DNA of 64,000 nt, from assembly GCA_963675495.1 (NCBI GenBank), contig OY776215.1:2656001-2720000 (forward strand), written 5' to 3'. This DNA is from an uncultured Methanolobus sp. (GTDB lineage Archaea > Halobacteriota > Methanosarcinia > Methanosarcinales > Methanosarcinaceae). Position numbers and translations under genes: made by a program. This document shows positions 60,289 through 64,000 of this stretch, in pieces. How positions within the stretch are numbered: the stretch's first letter is position 1; the number at the start of each line of letters is the position of its first letter. The notes below the pieces were generated by a model. That model had not been told where the DNA came from. It ran no database searches and was given only the letters and a program-made list of their open reading frames with translations.

Positions 60289-61431
60289 TCAGACCAGTAC
60301 TGCTTTGATCCTTTCCAATCCTTCCTGTATTCTTTCCAGTGATGTAGCATAGGATATTCTTATGAAGTCCTTACCACTTTCTCCGAAAGCAGAACCTGGA
60401 GTGACTGCAACGTGGGCGTTTGTAAGGAGCTTTCCTGTAATGATGTCACCGTTTCCGTACTCGCTAACATCTGCAAAGGCGTAGAATGCACCACCTGGTT
60501 TCTGGCATTTGATGCCAATAGTATTTAGACCGTCCACCAGCAGATCCCTTCGTGCTTTGAACCTGTCAACCATCTCAGTTACTGGTTCCTGTGGACCTTC
60601 AAGGGCCGCGACACCACCATACTGTACAAAGCTTGTTGCACTGCTGACCGAATGGGATTGTATCTTTAACATGCCTTTGAAGATATCCGGACTTGCGCAC
60701 ACATAACCTAATCTCCATCCGGTCATTGCATAAGCTTTGGAAAAACCATTAACAGTGATGGTCCTGTCCTGCATGCCTTCAAATGAGCCAATGCTGAAAT
60801 GTTCTTTGCCGTAGATGATCTTTTCATATATTTCATCTGAGAGCACAAGAATATCATTATCGATCGCTAAGTCTGAAATATGCTTTAAGGTCTGTTTATC
60901 ATAAACAGCTCCTGTAGGATTTCCTGGACTGTTAACGACGATAAGCTTTGTTTTATCAGTGATATATTCTTCCAGGTCAAGAGGTTTAAATCCATCATAT
61001 GGGTCTGTAGGTACCCATGTGGTATTCGCACCTGCAAACTTTATCGCAGGATCGTATGAGACCCATGCCGGGTCAAAAAGAATTGCTTCATCACCATCGT
61101 TAAGTACTGACATCATTATCTCAAAAATTGCCTGTTTTGCACCGGGTGTAACAAGTATGTCCGAAGCCTTTGCATCAATTTTGTTCTCTTTACGGAGCTT
61201 TTCAGCAATTGCATTTCTTAGTTCCGGGATTCCGGCTGATGGCGAGTAATGCGTTTCACCTCTGTACATTGCATCTGCTGCTGCATCACATATGTGCTTC
61301 GGGGTGTCGAAATCAGGTTCACCAAGGGTGAAACTAATGACATCTATACCTTCCTGTTTCATTTTATTGGCAACATTAGCGGCTTTTATCGTTGCCGATT
61401 CTTCCACACGCTCTAGTCTTGACGATGCCAT
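60289..61431 (-). CDS. PLP-dependent class I/II aminotransferase (aspartate aminotransferase-like)
   Basis: GEPDF, NSPGNPTG, SDEIYE, FSKAYAMTGWRLGY. Confidence 0.93.
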   Translation of the reverse strand: MASSRLERVEESATIKAANVANKMKQEGIDVISFTLGEPDFDTPKHICDAAADAMYRGETHYSPSAGIPELRNAIAEKLRKENKIDAKASDILVTPGAKQAIFEIMMSVLNDGDEAILFDPAWVSYDPAIKFAGANTTWVPTDPYDGFKPLDLEEYITDKTKLIVVNSPGNPTGAVYDKQTLKHISDLAIDNDILVLSDEIYEKIIYGKEHFSIGSFEGMQDRTITVNGFSKAYAMTGWRLGYVCASPDIFKGMLKIQSHSVSSATSFVQYGGVAALEGPQEPVTEMVDRFKARRDLLVDGLNTIGIKCQKPGGAFYAFADVSEYGNGDIITGKLLTNAHVAVTPGSAFGESGKDFIRISYATSLERIQEGLERIKAVLV

Positions 61432-61470
61432 GGAAATACCCAACCATTTTTCAGTTCAATACTCTCAATA

Positions 61471-61875
61471 TTAAAGACGTTGTACAAGTTTGACTGCTGC
61501 TTCAACAGCACGCTTTGCATAGTCCACACGTTGGTGTGCTTCCATTCTGGTCATGCCCGGACCGGCAATTCCCAGAGTCACAGGTTTGTTATATTCAAGG
61601 GAAAGGTCAGTGATCTTTCTTGCAGCCTGTTGTACAACGATCTCATCGTGCTTTGTTGCACCTTCAATGACAATTCCTACTGTAACTACAGCATCAATAT
61701 CATCACGTTCACAGAGTTTTTTGATTGCAAGAGGCATATCATATACTCCTGGTACCAAAATCTTTTCGGCTACCTCTACTCCAAGGAATTTCGCATGCTC
61801 CTCACCGAGCAGCTCCATCTGGAATGTAAGATCTCTGTTAAATTCAGCTATTACAAATCCCAATTTTATAGTCAT
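61471..61875 (-). CDS. ribH: 6,7-dimethyl-8-ribityllumazine synthase
   Basis: [25 protein letters not shown]. Confidence 0.93.
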   Translation of the reverse strand: MTIKLGFVIAEFNRDLTFQMELLGEEHAKFLGVEVAEKILVPGVYDMPLAIKKLCERDDIDAVVTVGIVIEGATKHDEIVVQQAARKITDLSLEYNKPVTLGIAGPGMTRMEAHQRVDYAKRAVEAAVKLVQRL

Positions 61876-61933
61876 AACAATCACTTAAGATTTTTATATT
61901 AATTTATATTTTCCATCGTTTCTTTATACGATA

Positions 61934-63566
<1,633 letters not shown>

Positions 63567-63737
63567 ATTAATCTCCTGATTATTTTTGACCTGTAAATTA
63601 TGATTTAGTTAATCTGATTTATTGTGCAATCATGGGATATAACTTTCATGATATACATTTTGATTGTCCGCAATGGGCAACTTCCGCCTTCTATGCAACC
63701 CTATTATTTAACCTTAGCCAGTCTCAATCCTGAAACT

Positions 63738-64000
63738 TTAGTCACTCAACAATTTCAGTATATCGTACTTGGTCACAACACCAGCAACATGACCCTTTTC
63801 CAGTACCACCACAGCTGGATATTTCTCGAGCATATAAGATGCTGTTTTGACATCTGTGTTAGGGGAAAGCGTAGGGAACGAATCACCCATTATATCACCG
63901 ATCTTCATGTTGGACACAACTGATGTCTTTTTGTCTGCCATTGACCTGACGATCATGTCTTCGGATAAGCTTCCAACAGAAATTCCATCCTGTATGACAG
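63738..64000 (-). CDS. CBS-domain protein, C-terminal part (runs off the right edge)
   Basis: Frame open to the window end: VIQDGISVGSLSEDMIVR...DIMGDSFPTL...GVVTKYDILKLL. Confidence 0.85.
   Translation of the reverse strand, partial: VIQDGISVGSLSEDMIVRSMADKKTSVVSNMKIGDIMGDSFPTLSPNTDVKTASYMLEKYPAVVVLEKGHVAGVVTKYDILKLLSD

Overview
Archaeal chromosomal segment, most consistent with a methylotrophic methanogen of the Methanosarcinaceae (Methanococcoides-like). Evidence: MtmC-type corrinoid protein, thermosome, diphthine synthase, archaeal ribC/ribH/ribL, ccmABC, PGF-CTERM and PEF-CTERM surface proteins, tRNA-Asn and tRNA-Ile2. Most of it is housekeeping or metabolic. It also holds three large accessory cell-surface genes, a type IV pilus-like operon with a LamG-fused pilin, an orphan methyltransferase/corrinoid pair facing a kinase-less PAS/GAF sensor, and three damaged genes (DUF1638-like frameshift, histidine-kinase remnant, partial ribL duplicate). 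The most unusual signal lies below the ORF-track size cut-off: two paralogous 34- and 39-aa hydrophobic peptide genes (20119-20223 and 22774-22893, minus strand) whose differences are mostly synonymous. Each sits behind a 71-bp dyad-symmetric operator-TATA-operator element, ends in a hairpin, and together they bracket a beta-propeller PGF-CTERM gene. I saw no CRISPR array, rRNA, integrase or transposase. All family assignments are by motif recognition only; no searches were run.
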